From the NCBI GenBank assembly GCA_963843575.1, contig CAWJKZ010000014.1:256001-320000 (forward strand): 64,000 bases of DNA, read 5' to 3'. The notes under the pieces were generated by a model, which searched no databases, had not been told where the DNA came from, and saw nothing but the letters and a program-made list of their open reading frames with translations. The translations under genes and the position numbers were made by a program. The DNA is from an uncultured Acidobacteriota bacterium (GTDB lineage Bacteria > Acidobacteriota > UBA6911). Of this stretch, positions 32,629-48,160 are shown piece after piece; the first letter of the stretch is position 1; every line of letters begins with the position of its first letter.

Positions 32629-33122
32629 AGGAAATCGAGTTCAAGATTAAGGGTCTGATGATGGATCCGTTGACCAACTCTCCGATCGTCGTGCTGCAGG
32701 ACACGTCCAGCGACACACTCCTCCCCATCTGGGTCGGCATCTTCGAGGCCAACGCGATCGCGCTGCAGATCGAAAAGGTCGACACACCCAGACCGATGAC
32801 CCACGACCTGATCAAGGGCCTGCTGAACCACCTGAACGCCCAGGTCACCAAGGTCGTCGTCACCGAACTCAAGGACAATACCTTCTACGCCCTGATCTTC
32901 CTCGACGTGGCGGGCAAGGTGGTCACGGTCGATTCCAGGCCTTCGGACGCCATCGCCCTGGCCCTGAGGACCGACTCCCCGATATTTGTCACCGACGAGG
33001 TCATTTCGAAGTCCTCGAGTGCGGCCGCCTCGACCCTTTCGGCCGAACGCAGCTCGCCGGAAGACATCAAGCAGTGGCTGGAGAACCTCAACCCCGAGGA
33101 TTTCGGAAAATACAAAATGTAG
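32625..33122 (+). CDS. Bifunctional nuclease family (DUF151)
   Basis: LPIWVGIFEANAI, RPMTHDL and DSRPSDAIALA motifs. Confidence 0.93.
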   Translation: MKEIEFKIKGLMMDPLTNSPIVVLQDTSSDTLLPIWVGIFEANAIALQIEKVDTPRPMTHDLIKGLLNHLNAQVTKVVVTELKDNTFYALIFLDVAGKVVTVDSRPSDAIALALRTDSPIFVTDEVISKSSSAAASTLSAERSSPEDIKQWLENLNPEDFGKYKM

Positions 33123-33171
33123 GGCGCCGCCCCTGCGCCCGCTCTCCCGGATATCGCGTCGCTCGCAGCGG

Positions 33172-35664
33172 TCAGACCCACTTCGCGATCTTCAGAATAT
33201 CACTGAGCACGCCGGCCGCCGTCACGCCGGCCCCCGCACCGGGTCCCTGGATGACCAGGGGATGCTTGAAGTAGCGCTGCGTTTGGAACACGAGGATGTT
33301 GTCCGGGCCGGCGAGCCGCCCGATCGGACTGTCCCTGGGCACGTGCTTCAACCCTACCTCGCAACCCTTTTCGCCGATGTCGGTGATGTAGCGCAGCACA
33401 CAGCCCTTTGACGCGGCCGCGTCGGCTTCCTGCGCCATCAGCGGGTCGGCCGTTGGGAGGCATTCGAGGAATTTCGCGATCGAACCCAACCGGAAGAAGC
33501 GCGCCGGCAGCATCGCCTTGAGCGCCACCTGCTCCATTTCCAGGGCGATGCCGAGCTCCCGTGCGATGATCAGCGCCTTGCGCGCGACATCGCGGCCGCT
33601 CAGGTCGTCCCGGGGATCGGGCTCGGTGTATCCGAGGGCCGCCGCCTCGGCAACTGCCTTGGAGAAGGGAAGCCCCTCGCCGATGCGGCTGCAGATAAAG
33701 CCGAGCGTGCCGCTCAGGCACCCCTGGATACGCACAATCCGGTCTCCGGTGTTGACGAGGTCCCGGAGCGTCGACAGCAGGGGGAGGCCGGCACCGAAGG
33801 TGGCCTCGAACTGGTAGTTGAGCCCCTTGCGACGGCACAGCCGTCGCATCTCCAGGTACTCGCGCAGGGAAGTCGTCAACGGCTTCTTGTTGGCAGTCAC
33901 GATGTGGAACCCGCGCCGCATCCCTTCGATGTGCGTGCCCGCCAGCTCGGCCCCGGTCGCGTCCACCAACACCACATCGGAGCGGTAGGTAGCGGCGATC
34001 CGGTCGAAGATCTCGCTCGAAGACGGTCGCGGTTCAGCGGCGGAGAGGTCGGAGAGCTGGGCACCCGACCCAAGCCTGTCGAGTTCGTTGTCCGGGATTC
34101 CCGATGCACAAAAACGAAGTGTTTTAGAGTTAGATACGCCAAGAACTTTAAGGTTAACTTTAAGTCCCTGCGCCAGGTGGTCCCGGCTGTCGTGAATCTG
34201 TTTGAGTAGGGTCCGGCCGATGTTGCCGCACCCGAACAGGAAGACGTTCAACTCGCGGGTCAGGCCGAAGGCTGTGTGGATGGCTTGGACGGCGTGCCGG
34301 TCGTCTTTTTCGAGGATCGCGGCCGAAATGTTGAGTTCCGAAGATCCCTGCGCGATGGCGAGGACGTTTACGCGGCACTTCCCGAGCGCCTCGAAGAACT
34401 TCCCGGAAGTGCCCGGGGTGCCGCGCATGCCAGCCCCTATGATGGAGACAATCGAGACCCCGCCGGTCAACTGGATGTCGTCGATCTGTCGGCGTTCGAT
34501 CTCAAGCCGGAACTCGCTCCGCAGCGCGTGGCGCCCGCGTTCCGCGTCCGCAGCCGGGATCACCATGCAGATGCTGTGCTCCGACGAGGATTGGGAGATC
34601 ATCATGACGCTGATGCCGTCGCGGGCCAGGACGTCGAGAACCCTGGAGGAAACCCCCGGGATGCCGATCATGCCGTTGCCCTGGACGTTGAGCAGGGCGA
34701 GGTTCCGGACCGAAGTGACGGTTTTGACGCTCGGGGAGCGCGCGGCGCGGCTCGTGATCAGGGTGCCATCGGCCGAGGCGTTGAAAGTGTTCTTGATCCG
34801 GATCGGGATCCGGTGCATGACGGCCGGAATCATGGTTTTCGGGTGAAGCACCTTGGCACCGAAATACGACATCTCGGCGGCTTCCTGGTAGCTGATGTGG
34901 GGCAGCACACGCGCTTCGCCCACGAGGTTCGGATCGGCGGTCATGATGCCGTCGACATCCGTGAAAATCCATATTTCGCTGGAGCGCAGCGCCGCGCCGA
35001 CAATCGAAGCCGAATAATCGGATCCATTGCGTCCGAGGGTCGCCGGCTCGCCCCGCGCGTCCCGGCAGATGAAGCCGGCCACAACGGGGCTCTTGCCCTG
35101 TTCGAGGAGCGGCAGAAGATGATTGCGGGTCCGGCGCTCGGTCTCGGCCTGGTCGACAACGGTACCGGCACCGTTGCGGTCGGCCACTATCCAGTCCCGG
35201 GCGTCAGAGTGACAGAACTCCCCTGAAAGATCCTGGAGCACCCGCGCAAGAAGGCGCGACGACAGTATTTCTCCATAGGAAAGCAGCTTGTCCCTCGTCC
35301 GGTCGCTGAACTCGTGCAGCAGGATAATCCCCTGGGTAATAGCGCGGATTTGGCCGAACTGGTCCGCCACGAAGCGCCGGATCCAGCGCCGTGAGCCGTC
35401 GCCATCCGTCAGCGAGGTGAACGTCTCCTCGTGAAGGGCGGCGAGCGCGGTGAGGGCCTCTTCGACCTTCTTGGGCCGCCGGCGCAAGGAGTCCTCGCCG
35501 GCGCCCAGCAGCCGGTCCGTGACTCCCCCCATGGCCGACACCACCGTAACGACCGGACGCGTCCTGCATTGCTCGCGGACGATGTCCATGACCCTGCGGA
35601 TCGAGTCGCGGCCGCCCATGGACGAGCCGCCGAACTTCAAGATGACTAGCCTGCGATTCTGCAT
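33172..35664 (-). CDS. thrA: Bifunctional aspartokinase/homoserine dehydrogenase
   Basis: KFGGSS, TLGRNGSDYSA, two ACT domains, GCGNIG, TANKK and EPDPRDDLSG motifs. Confidence 0.93.
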   Translation of the reverse strand: MQNRRLVILKFGGSSMGGRDSIRRVMDIVREQCRTRPVVTVVSAMGGVTDRLLGAGEDSLRRRPKKVEEALTALAALHEETFTSLTDGDGSRRWIRRFVADQFGQIRAITQGIILLHEFSDRTRDKLLSYGEILSSRLLARVLQDLSGEFCHSDARDWIVADRNGAGTVVDQAETERRTRNHLLPLLEQGKSPVVAGFICRDARGEPATLGRNGSDYSASIVGAALRSSEIWIFTDVDGIMTADPNLVGEARVLPHISYQEAAEMSYFGAKVLHPKTMIPAVMHRIPIRIKNTFNASADGTLITSRAARSPSVKTVTSVRNLALLNVQGNGMIGIPGVSSRVLDVLARDGISVMMISQSSSEHSICMVIPAADAERGRHALRSEFRLEIERRQIDDIQLTGGVSIVSIIGAGMRGTPGTSGKFFEALGKCRVNVLAIAQGSSELNISAAILEKDDRHAVQAIHTAFGLTRELNVFLFGCGNIGRTLLKQIHDSRDHLAQGLKVNLKVLGVSNSKTLRFCASGIPDNELDRLGSGAQLSDLSAAEPRPSSSEIFDRIAATYRSDVVLVDATGAELAGTHIEGMRRGFHIVTANKKPLTTSLREYLEMRRLCRRKGLNYQFEATFGAGLPLLSTLRDLVNTGDRIVRIQGCLSGTLGFICSRIGEGLPFSKAVAEAAALGYTEPDPRDDLSGRDVARKALIIARELGIALEMEQVALKAMLPARFFRLGSIAKFLECLPTADPLMAQEADAAASKGCVLRYITDIGEKGCEVGLKHVPRDSPIGRLAGPDNILVFQTQRYFKHPLVIQGPGAGAGVTAAGVLSDILKIAKWV

Positions 35665-35842
35665 ATGTCCAGCCCGGAGCCTCCCGAAACCGATTTCGTC
35701 AAAGTGGGAAATCCTACCACGAAAACACGCCGGAGGGCCAAATACGCTGCCGGGACTCTATTATTTACTTTGGGAAGGGAGGGAGGTCAGCTTGACCGGC
35801 CCCACCGGCACCGGCCTTCGGGTCAGTGCTCTGAAATCTCTT

Positions 35843-35870
35843 AGTTAACATAATGTATCTTATCGGAAGT
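35843..35870 (-). other. dif site (XerC/XerD chromosome dimer resolution site)
   Basis: Minus strand ACTTCCGATAA-GATACA-TTATGTTAACT: 11-6-11 layout; the XerD arm differs by 1 nt from E. coli TTATGTTAAAT; intergenic. Confidence 0.85.
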
Positions 35871-35952
35871 TAAGGGGGCGCGGCCGGGATCCCTCTTTAC
35901 ATGCGCCCCTGGCGCTTTACGCACGCACCGGCGATGTGCTAGTCTTCAGGGT

Positions 35953-38301
35953 GTGAAAAAAATCGATAAGCTGATGTACCACGCGATTTTGCCGCCCTTT
36001 ATGATCTCCTGCGCGGCGCTGACGTTCGTGGTCTTCGTGCGCGAGTTCGGCCGCCTGTCGGAACTGCTCATCACCCGAAACGCCTCTATCCCGACAGTCG
36101 GGCTCATTGCCGCCGCCATCCTCCCCGGTATCCTCATCTTCTCGCTTCCCCTGGCGTACCTCATCGGCCTGCTTATCGGAATGAGCGGCCTGTCGGGCGA
36201 GTGCCAGATCATCGCCTTGCGCGCGTGCGGCGTCCCCCTGCAACGACTGCTCAAGCCCGTCGTGACGATCGCCCTCGGGGTTGGAGTGGTCACTTCCGTG
36301 CTCTCGCTCCTTGTGCTGCCCGAGGCCAACGACATCTTCTACAGCCTCAAGGACCGGATCAGCCTGCGACAGGCCACCTCCCAGATACAGCCGAGGGTCT
36401 TCAACGAACAGTTTCCCAACGTCGTGTTTTATCTCGACGATCTGGCCGTGGACCGGCAACACTGGTCGCGGGTGTTTCTGTCGGATAACTCGGACCCCAA
36501 GGCACCCAGAACCGTACTGGCCCGCGAAGGCACATGGGTGACCGACTCGGCAGCGCTGCGCCTCCAGCTCCACCTCAGCGACGGAACCGTGTATCAGACC
36601 GACCCTGCCAACCCGGCCAAGGACAACGTGAGCGTCTTTGCCACGACCGACATCCCGATCGACCTCGTCTCGGGCGGCGGTACCGGGGCGGCGGAGCCCA
36701 CTCAACCGCCCCGCAAGGCTTTTGAAATGACGACGGCAGAACTCTGGAAGGGAGTCAACGCCGCGAACCGGGCACAGCGACTCGAGCAGCGCATCGAACT
36801 GCACCGCCGGATGGCAATTCCCTTCTCCGTGTTCGGATTTGCGCTGGTCGGCCTGACCCTGGGGATCAACACGAAGAAAGGGGGCAAGACGTCCGGGTTT
36901 GTCCTCAGCCTCGCCCTGGTGGTGCTCTTCTACGCCCTGCTGATGAACGGGCTCCGGCTCGCCTCGGTCGAAAAACTCCCCCCCTGGATGGGAGCCTGGG
37001 GCGCCAACATCCTGCTTTCCTCGCTCGGCTTCGTTCTGCTGGCCAACGCGGAGCGAGGCAACTGGCTCAGCCACTGGATCTCGTCATGGCGCTGGAAATC
37101 CAAGTTCGCCCCCGTCAGCCGGCAACTGCACCTCGCGGCCGCCCGCCAGCGCATACAACAGTTCGACGCCGCCGTCGTCGACAACACTATGCGCATCGCC
37201 CAGATCAGCTTCCCCAAGGTCCTCGACGTCTACATCTCCCGCGGCTTCCTCCAGTACTTCCTCTGGTCGACCGTCGTCTGCGGCGTCCTGTTTGTCGTGC
37301 TGACGCTTTTCGACCTGCTCGACGACATCATCAGGAACCGGATCGGCGTCTACTACCTCGTCAACTACTTCTTCTTCCTCACCCCCCAGATCCTGATGCT
37401 GATCATCCCCATGGCCGTGCTTCTGGCCATCCTGATCCACTTCGGCATCCTCGAAAAACACTCCGAAGTCACCGCGCTCAAAGCGGGTGGCTGGAGCCTC
37501 TATCGCATCGCCCTCCCGGTGTTCATCATGTCGACCGGCGTGTGCGTCGCGCTCTACCTCGTACAGGACTACGTTCTGCCCTACGCAAACATCCGCCAGG
37601 ACAGCATCCGCAACATCATCAAGGGGCGGCCGCCCCAGACGTCGATGCGGCCGCAGCGCAAGTGGATCTTCGGCGAGTCCAACCGCATCTTCAACTACGA
37701 CTACTTTGACGCAAGCCAAAACCGTTTCGTGAAACTCAACGTCTTCGAGGCCGACCTGCACGGGCTGAAGATCCTGCGCCGCATTCACGCATCACTCGCC
37801 AGCATCGATGCCGAAGGAAAATGGCACCTCCAGGACGGCTGGGTGCGCGACTTCGAATCCGATACCAACGGTTTCCGCCGCTTCGCGTCGCAGGAATTCC
37901 CATTCCCGGAACAGCCCAGCTACTTCCAGAAAGAAATCTTCCAGCCCAAAGAGTCCTCGAAACTCTCCTACCTTGAGCTCAAGCAATACATTGATTATCT
38001 AAAGAAAGCTGGCTATAACGCTACGGAATTACAGGTAGAGCTCTACAAGAAGGTCTCGTTCCCGCTGAGTTGTGTGGTGATGGCGCTGCTTGGGGTGCCG
38101 TTCTCCTTTTCCATGGGGAAAAAGGGAGCCTTCTACGGCATCACCCTGAGCATCCTGATTGCGATGTCGTACTGGGGAATCTTCAGTGTCTTCGAACAAC
38201 TCGGGGCCTATGGCTTCCTGATACCGCTTCTGGCTGCCTGGGCCCCTAATCTTATCTTTGCCTCCGCCGGCCTCGCGCTGCTCTTTACGATCCGAACCTG
38301 A
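35953..38301 (+). CDS. Fused LPS export permease LptF-LptG
   Basis: Two tandem YjgP/YjgQ repeats (SGECQIIALRACG; SEVTALKAGG), each ending with AW.(A/P)N. Confidence 0.92.
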   Translation: MKKIDKLMYHAILPPFMISCAALTFVVFVREFGRLSELLITRNASIPTVGLIAAAILPGILIFSLPLAYLIGLLIGMSGLSGECQIIALRACGVPLQRLLKPVVTIALGVGVVTSVLSLLVLPEANDIFYSLKDRISLRQATSQIQPRVFNEQFPNVVFYLDDLAVDRQHWSRVFLSDNSDPKAPRTVLAREGTWVTDSAALRLQLHLSDGTVYQTDPANPAKDNVSVFATTDIPIDLVSGGGTGAAEPTQPPRKAFEMTTAELWKGVNAANRAQRLEQRIELHRRMAIPFSVFGFALVGLTLGINTKKGGKTSGFVLSLALVVLFYALLMNGLRLASVEKLPPWMGAWGANILLSSLGFVLLANAERGNWLSHWISSWRWKSKFAPVSRQLHLAAARQRIQQFDAAVVDNTMRIAQISFPKVLDVYISRGFLQYFLWSTVVCGVLFVVLTLFDLLDDIIRNRIGVYYLVNYFFFLTPQILMLIIPMAVLLAILIHFGILEKHSEVTALKAGGWSLYRIALPVFIMSTGVCVALYLVQDYVLPYANIRQDSIRNIIKGRPPQTSMRPQRKWIFGESNRIFNYDYFDASQNRFVKLNVFEADLHGLKILRRIHASLASIDAEGKWHLQDGWVRDFESDTNGFRRFASQEFPFPEQPSYFQKEIFQPKESSKLSYLELKQYIDYLKKAGYNATELQVELYKKVSFPLSCVVMALLGVPFSFSMGKKGAFYGITLSILIAMSYWGIFSVFEQLGAYGFLIPLLAAWAPNLIFASAGLALLFTIRT

Positions 38302-38312
38302 GCCCGGTTTGT

Positions 38313-38430
38313 GGAAGTGCGGCGGCTCGACGCCGCTTTGCGGGCGTCGCCTAGGCAGCCTAGGCGACGCCCTCTGGTCGATCCTGCCGATCCAGAACCA
38401 CCCGGAAAGCGTGCCGAGGCACCGCACTCC
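38313..38430. repeat. REP/REPIN-like palindromic element, copy 1
   Basis: Ends GGAAGTGCGGCGGCTCGACGCCGCTTT and AAAGCGTGCCGAGGCACCGCACTCC; internal perfect 15-bp inverted repeat at 38342-38372; lies between convergent genes. Confidence 0.75.
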
Positions 38431-38444
38431 GTAACCCACAAGGG

Positions 38445-40885
<2,441 letters not shown>

Positions 40886-41026
40886 GCCTCGTCCTCCCTG
40901 TAAGATTAGAAAAGGAAACCGCAAAAAACCTATGACTTTTAGCACAGCGATACCGGGGAGTCAATCAATTGCGCTCCGGGGCCGCTCCGCCACCAATGCC
41001 ACGCGGTACCCGGGGTTCGGGTCCGG

Positions 41027-41914
41027 TCAGGACCGGGGGTGGTAGCGGCCGTAGATCTGCTTCAGGCGTTCCCTGGTCACGTGTGTATAGATCTGGGTCG
41101 TCGAGATATCGGAGTGTCCGAGCATGACCTGGACCGACCGGAGATCGGCGCCGTTTTCGAGCAGGTGGGTCGCAAACGAGTGCCGCAGCACGTGGGGGGT
41201 GATGCGGGCCGTGATGCCGGCGTCTCGCCCGTGCCGCCGGATGGACTTCCAGAACGCCTGGCGTGTCATGCGGGCGCCGCGGCGCGAAACGAAGAGGTGA
41301 TTGCTCCTTCTTCCCTTCAGCAGCAGCGACCTGCCGGACCTCAGATAGTTGCGCACACAGGCAACCGCGCTTTCGCCGATGGGAACGACGCGTTCCTTGC
41401 TCCCTTTGCCGATGCAGGTCACCAGCCCGAGTTCCAGGTCCACCTGGGCGATGGTCAGGCCGACAAGTTCGCTGACCCGCAGCCCCGAGGCGTACAGGAT
41501 CTCCAGCATCGCCTTGTCCCTGCTTCCCGGGGCCTTTGAGGGATCCGGGGCGGCCAGCAGCCGTTGCACATCGTCCTGGTTGAGAAAACGCGGCAGGGGT
41601 TTCAGCGCCCTGGGCGCCGAGAGGTGCTCGGTCGGGTCCGCGGCGACCACCCGGTGGGTCAAGAGGAAACGGAAGAACGCCCGCGCCGCGGCGATGGCAC
41701 GCGCCACCGAGCGCGCGGAGATCCCCTCGACGTGCAGCCTCTGAACCCACGCCGCCAGCGCGTCCTGATCGAGCTCGGGCAAGGGCTTGCCCGCGGTGTC
41801 CGCAAACTCTTTCAATTTACGCACATCCGTGGCGTAGGCGGTGATCGAGTTGGCGGACAGGCCTTTTTCAACCCTCAGGTAAACTCCGAACTCCCCGACC
41901 CAATCCCTGGTCAC
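41027..41914 (-). CDS. xerD: Site-specific tyrosine recombinase XerD
   Basis: [18 protein letters not shown] and [38 protein letters not shown]...YHPR; GTG overlaps the murJ stop. Confidence 0.92.
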   Translation of the reverse strand: MTRDWVGEFGVYLRVEKGLSANSITAYATDVRKLKEFADTAGKPLPELDQDALAAWVQRLHVEGISARSVARAIAAARAFFRFLLTHRVVAADPTEHLSAPRALKPLPRFLNQDDVQRLLAAPDPSKAPGSRDKAMLEILYASGLRVSELVGLTIAQVDLELGLVTCIGKGSKERVVPIGESAVACVRNYLRSGRSLLLKGRRSNHLFVSRRGARMTRQAFWKSIRRHGRDAGITARITPHVLRHSFATHLLENGADLRSVQVMLGHSDISTTQIYTHVTRERLKQIYGRYHPRS

Positions 41915-43542
41915 GCGCGTCTCCCCAGAAGCTTGCGCCGAATGGCGCTTGCCAACTCGGCGGCTTCGGTCACCCGAAAAACATACAGCAGGGGCAGCAT
42001 CGCGGCCATCCCGGCAGCTATCGCGGCACCCAGGTCGAGGGTGAGCGCCCAGTGGGAAGCCTTGCCGAAGACGTACTCGGCCACTCGGAAGGCGAGCGAG
42101 GCAATCCCACCCATAATCACCGAGGCCAACGCGATCCGCAGATAGGCGCTCAGCCCGCGCCAGTGCCAGGTTTCGTCCCGGGTCCGCCGGGCGAGCGCTC
42201 TCATGAGCAGGCCGAAATTGAGCCACGAAGCCAGCGCCGTCGCGAGCGCCAGCCCCAGGAATTGCATGCGCCAGACCAGCGCAAAATTGACCGCGATCTT
42301 CACTGCCACCGTAAGCACGCTCGTCCGCACGGGGGTGCGGGTATCGTCCAGCGCGTAGAATGTCGGGACGAGGATCTTCACGGCCGAGTACGCGAAAAGC
42401 GCGAGCGCGTAATACAGGAGCGCGCGACTGGTCTGAAGCGTGTCGACTGCGAGAAACGAGCCACGTTCGTAGAGCAGGCGGACGATCTCCCCGCGAAAAA
42501 CGATGAGGCCGACAGTGGCGGGGAATGTCATGCAGGCTGCCAGCCGCAGGCTCGACGACACCGTGCCGCGGAGCTTGCCCATTGAGTTCTGGGCAGCGTG
42601 CAGCGAAACGGTCGCCGTCGTGGCGGTTGCAATGGCCACCCCGAAGACCCCGATCGGCAGCTGCATCAACCGGAAGGCGTAGTTCAGCCAGGACACCGGT
42701 CCGTTGCCCATGCGGGAGGCGAGCTGGTTGTCCACCGTGATGTTGATCTGGGTCGCCGAGAGCCCGATGACCGCCGGCAGCATCAGTCTTGCGATGCGCC
42801 GCAGGCCGGGATCCTGAAAATCCAGGGCGAGCCTGTAGCGGAAGCCCGCGCGGTAAGCGGCCGGGACTTGCACGAGAAACTGGCTCATGCCTCCCGCCAG
42901 AGCACCGATGGCCATCGAGATGATCGGCTCCAGGCCCCAGTGCGGCATGAGCGGCGACAACAGGATGCCGGCCAGGATGCAGCAGACGTTGAAGGCGGAA
43001 GGCGCCATGGCGGGAAGAAAGAACGACCCGCAGGCGTTGAGCATCCCCATGGCCACCGCTGCCAGCGCAACCCACAACAGAAACGGCGACATGATTTTCG
43101 TCATCTGGACCGTGAGGGCGAATTTCTGCGGGATCTCGGCGTAACCCGCGGCCAGCAGGTAGACAAACCACTTGGCCCCGAAAAAGATCAGAAGGGTCAC
43201 CCCACCGAGGACTACGGCGAGGGCGTTGATCACCCGGTTGGCGAGCAACCAGGCTTCCTTGCGGCCGGCCTGGGTGAGGTAACGGACGAACGTCGGCACG
43301 AACGCGGAACTCAGCGCGCCCTCGGCGAAGAGATCCCGCAGCAGATTTGGGATCCGGTAGGCCACGTTGAAGGCGTCGGTGTACAGCCCAGCCCCGAAAT
43401 ACCGCGCCATGACCATCTCGCGCAGGACGCCGAGTACCCGGCTGACCATCGTGGCCGCACTGATGGAGCCCGCGGCGCCGGCGACGCTGCGCCGCACCGG
43501 GCGCTTCTCCGGCGCGGGAGTTTCATCTCTAGGGGTGGCCAT
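41911..43542 (-). CDS. murJ: Lipid II flippase MurJ (MviN)
   Basis: [28 protein letters not shown] and RLMQLPIG motifs. Confidence 0.97.
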   Translation of the reverse strand: MATPRDETPAPEKRPVRRSVAGAAGSISAATMVSRVLGVLREMVMARYFGAGLYTDAFNVAYRIPNLLRDLFAEGALSSAFVPTFVRYLTQAGRKEAWLLANRVINALAVVLGGVTLLIFFGAKWFVYLLAAGYAEIPQKFALTVQMTKIMSPFLLWVALAAVAMGMLNACGSFFLPAMAPSAFNVCCILAGILLSPLMPHWGLEPIISMAIGALAGGMSQFLVQVPAAYRAGFRYRLALDFQDPGLRRIARLMLPAVIGLSATQINITVDNQLASRMGNGPVSWLNYAFRLMQLPIGVFGVAIATATTATVSLHAAQNSMGKLRGTVSSSLRLAACMTFPATVGLIVFRGEIVRLLYERGSFLAVDTLQTSRALLYYALALFAYSAVKILVPTFYALDDTRTPVRTSVLTVAVKIAVNFALVWRMQFLGLALATALASWLNFGLLMRALARRTRDETWHWRGLSAYLRIALASVIMGGIASLAFRVAEYVFGKASHWALTLDLGAAIAAGMAAMLPLLYVFRVTEAAELASAIRRKLLGRRA

Positions 43543-43686
43543 CGCGCCGCAGCGTCTCCTTGACTGGCATGCGCCCCTATACTACCATAGCCGCTCGAGT
43601 GGGACAAAAACCCTTGATTATCCTATGACTTATCGAAAGGGAAGCGTGACGGCAGCCCGCTGCTCCGGATCCCGCTTCGGCAGGCC

Positions 43687-44715
43687 ATGAAACTTTCTGA
43701 AATCGCCCGCAGGCTCGGCTGCGACATGTCCCCCGGGGACGACGTCGAGATCCTGCGCATCGCCGGGATCGAAGTTGCCGGCCCGGGAGACCTTACTTTC
43801 GTATCCAACCGAAAGTACGTGCGCCATATAAGGGACACGCGGGCCTCGGCGATAATCCTCGGCCACGACATGCCGGCGGCTCCGATCCCGAGCCTGCGCA
43901 CCGCGGATCCTTATCTGGCCTTCGCGCGGGCCCTCGAGCTGTTCTTCGAACCCGTCCTCGCCCCCCCGGGGATTCACCCGACGGCGGCCGTGGCCCCCGA
44001 TGCCGTGGTGGGACCCGGCGCGAGCATCGGGGCGTACGCCGTCATCGGCAGCCAGTGCGTGCTGGGCTCCGGGGTCGTGATCTATCCCCACGCCGTGGTG
44101 TATCCCGAGGCGCGGATCGGTGACGGGAGCGTCCTGCACGCCCATGCGGTGGTGCGCGAGCGTTGCGAGTTGGGCAGGCGTGTCATCCTCCAGAACGGCG
44201 CCATCGTCGGGAGCGACGGGTTCGGCTTCGCCCCGCTGGAGGACGGCAGTTATCACAAGATCGTACAAACGGGGCGCGTTCTGGTGGAAGACGACGTGGA
44301 AATCGGCGCAAACACGACCATCGATCGGGCCGCCGTAGGAGACAGCATCATCCGAAAGGGCGCCAAGCTCGATAACCTGGTCCAAATCGGCCACGGCTCC
44401 CGGGTGGGAGAGAACTCGGTCCTGGCCGCGCAGGTCGGGATTGCCGGCTCCACCCGGGTGGGACGGAACGTCAAACTGGGTGGCCAGGTCGGGCTGGCGG
44501 GGCACATGGAGGTCGGTGACGACGCCATCCTCACGGCCCAAAGCGGGGCTGCCCACGACATCCCGGCCGGCGCCGTCATGTCGGGTTCGCCCGCGATCGA
44601 CAACGGCGCGTGGCTGCGCTCCGTCGCCGCCTATGGCCGCCTCCCGGAACTGGTCAAACGCATCCGGGAACTCGAAAAACAGCTCAAGAGCCTGACCACG
44701 CGAGACCCGAGCTGA
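43687..44715 (+). CDS. lpxD: UDP-3-O-acylglucosamine N-acyltransferase
   Basis: Hexapeptide repeats; GSDGFGF, EIGANTTIDR and KLDNLVQIGH motifs. Confidence 0.97.
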   Translation: MKLSEIARRLGCDMSPGDDVEILRIAGIEVAGPGDLTFVSNRKYVRHIRDTRASAIILGHDMPAAPIPSLRTADPYLAFARALELFFEPVLAPPGIHPTAAVAPDAVVGPGASIGAYAVIGSQCVLGSGVVIYPHAVVYPEARIGDGSVLHAHAVVRERCELGRRVILQNGAIVGSDGFGFAPLEDGSYHKIVQTGRVLVEDDVEIGANTTIDRAAVGDSIIRKGAKLDNLVQIGHGSRVGENSVLAAQVGIAGSTRVGRNVKLGGQVGLAGHMEVGDDAILTAQSGAAHDIPAGAVMSGSPAIDNGAWLRSVAAYGRLPELVKRIRELEKQLKSLTTRDPS

Positions 44716-44920
44716 AAAAAGCGCTCACGATCCGCCTCCGGGAGCCGATAAGACCCTCGGCTATTCGAGAAGCTGACTTTCAGCCCGTGCCCGCGCCGCC
44801 CGGCTCCCGCCGCGGTCGAGCGGGCATGGGCTGAGAGATTCTCCGGCTCATTCCCATACCCCTCAATCCCAGCCACCGGCCTGTCCCCGACCCGAACGCT
44901 CCTGCTGCGGCCCTGTAATC

Positions 44921-45006
44921 TGGAGTGCGGCGCCTCGGCGCCACGCCGAATTGAGAGATGCGACCCCGCGAGCTCGCCCTTTGGTGCCGTCGAGCCGCCG
45001 CACTTC
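44921..45006. repeat. REP/REPIN-like palindromic element, copy 2 (inverted relative to copy 1)
   Basis: 44988-45006 is the exact reverse complement of 38314-38332; the left end GGAGTGCGGCGCCTCGGC matches the reverse complement of the copy-1 right end. Confidence 0.72.
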
Positions 45007-45285
45007 AGGTTTGCGGTCCCTGGTTCAGCGCAGCTGTGCCCAGATAGGGTGTATCAAAAGGCGTCCGGGCTGAAGGGGCTGTCCAGAAGCCCGAAGCCAA
45101 ATGATATTTTCCAAAACCTCCCGGACGGTAGGCCATTGAGGAGACTCTGTTTTCCTTGACATTTGGGGGTATTTTCAAGTATTCGATTAGGTTTACATCA
45201 CTGCTGTGGACTGTGCATTGCCATTCTCTTCTCATAGTGGCTTTAGCCTTTCGACGATGCTGAATTAATCCTGGAGACCATATAG

Positions 45286-48060
<2,775 letters not shown>

Positions 48061-48067
48061 CTTTTTC

Positions 48068-48097
48068 GCGGGGCGGCGGCTCGGGCCGCCGCCCCGC
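48068..48097 (+). terminator. 13-bp GC hairpin after ppdK
   Basis: GCGGGGCGGCGGC-TCGG-GCCGCCGCCCCGC; weak U-tract. Confidence 0.5.
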
Positions 48098-48160
48098 TTC
48101 CCTGCGCGTGCCCGTGCGCCCGCCAAACCCTCTGGGGCCTCTCTTCCCGGTACCAAAGCC

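Noticed and set aside
34132-34159. Second, degenerate dif-like site in thrA (minus strand AGTTAACCTTA-AAGTTC-TTGGCGTATCT)
   Set aside because: 9/11 match in one arm but only 6/11 in the other, the conserved inner TAA/TTA is broken, and it lies in coding sequence; likely chance in an AT-rich patch.
40886-41026. SAM/SAH riboswitch upstream of metK-ahcY
   Set aside because: A likely promoter (TTGACT-17-TAAAAG) leaves only about 45 nt of leader, and no SAM-I or SAH core motifs were seen.
41027-41914. Phage or island integrase
   Set aside because: Sequence has canonical XerD motifs and length and is translationally coupled to murJ.
48061-48160. T-box leader before glyQS
   Set aside because: Only 100 nt, with no T-box consensus; just a GC hairpin.
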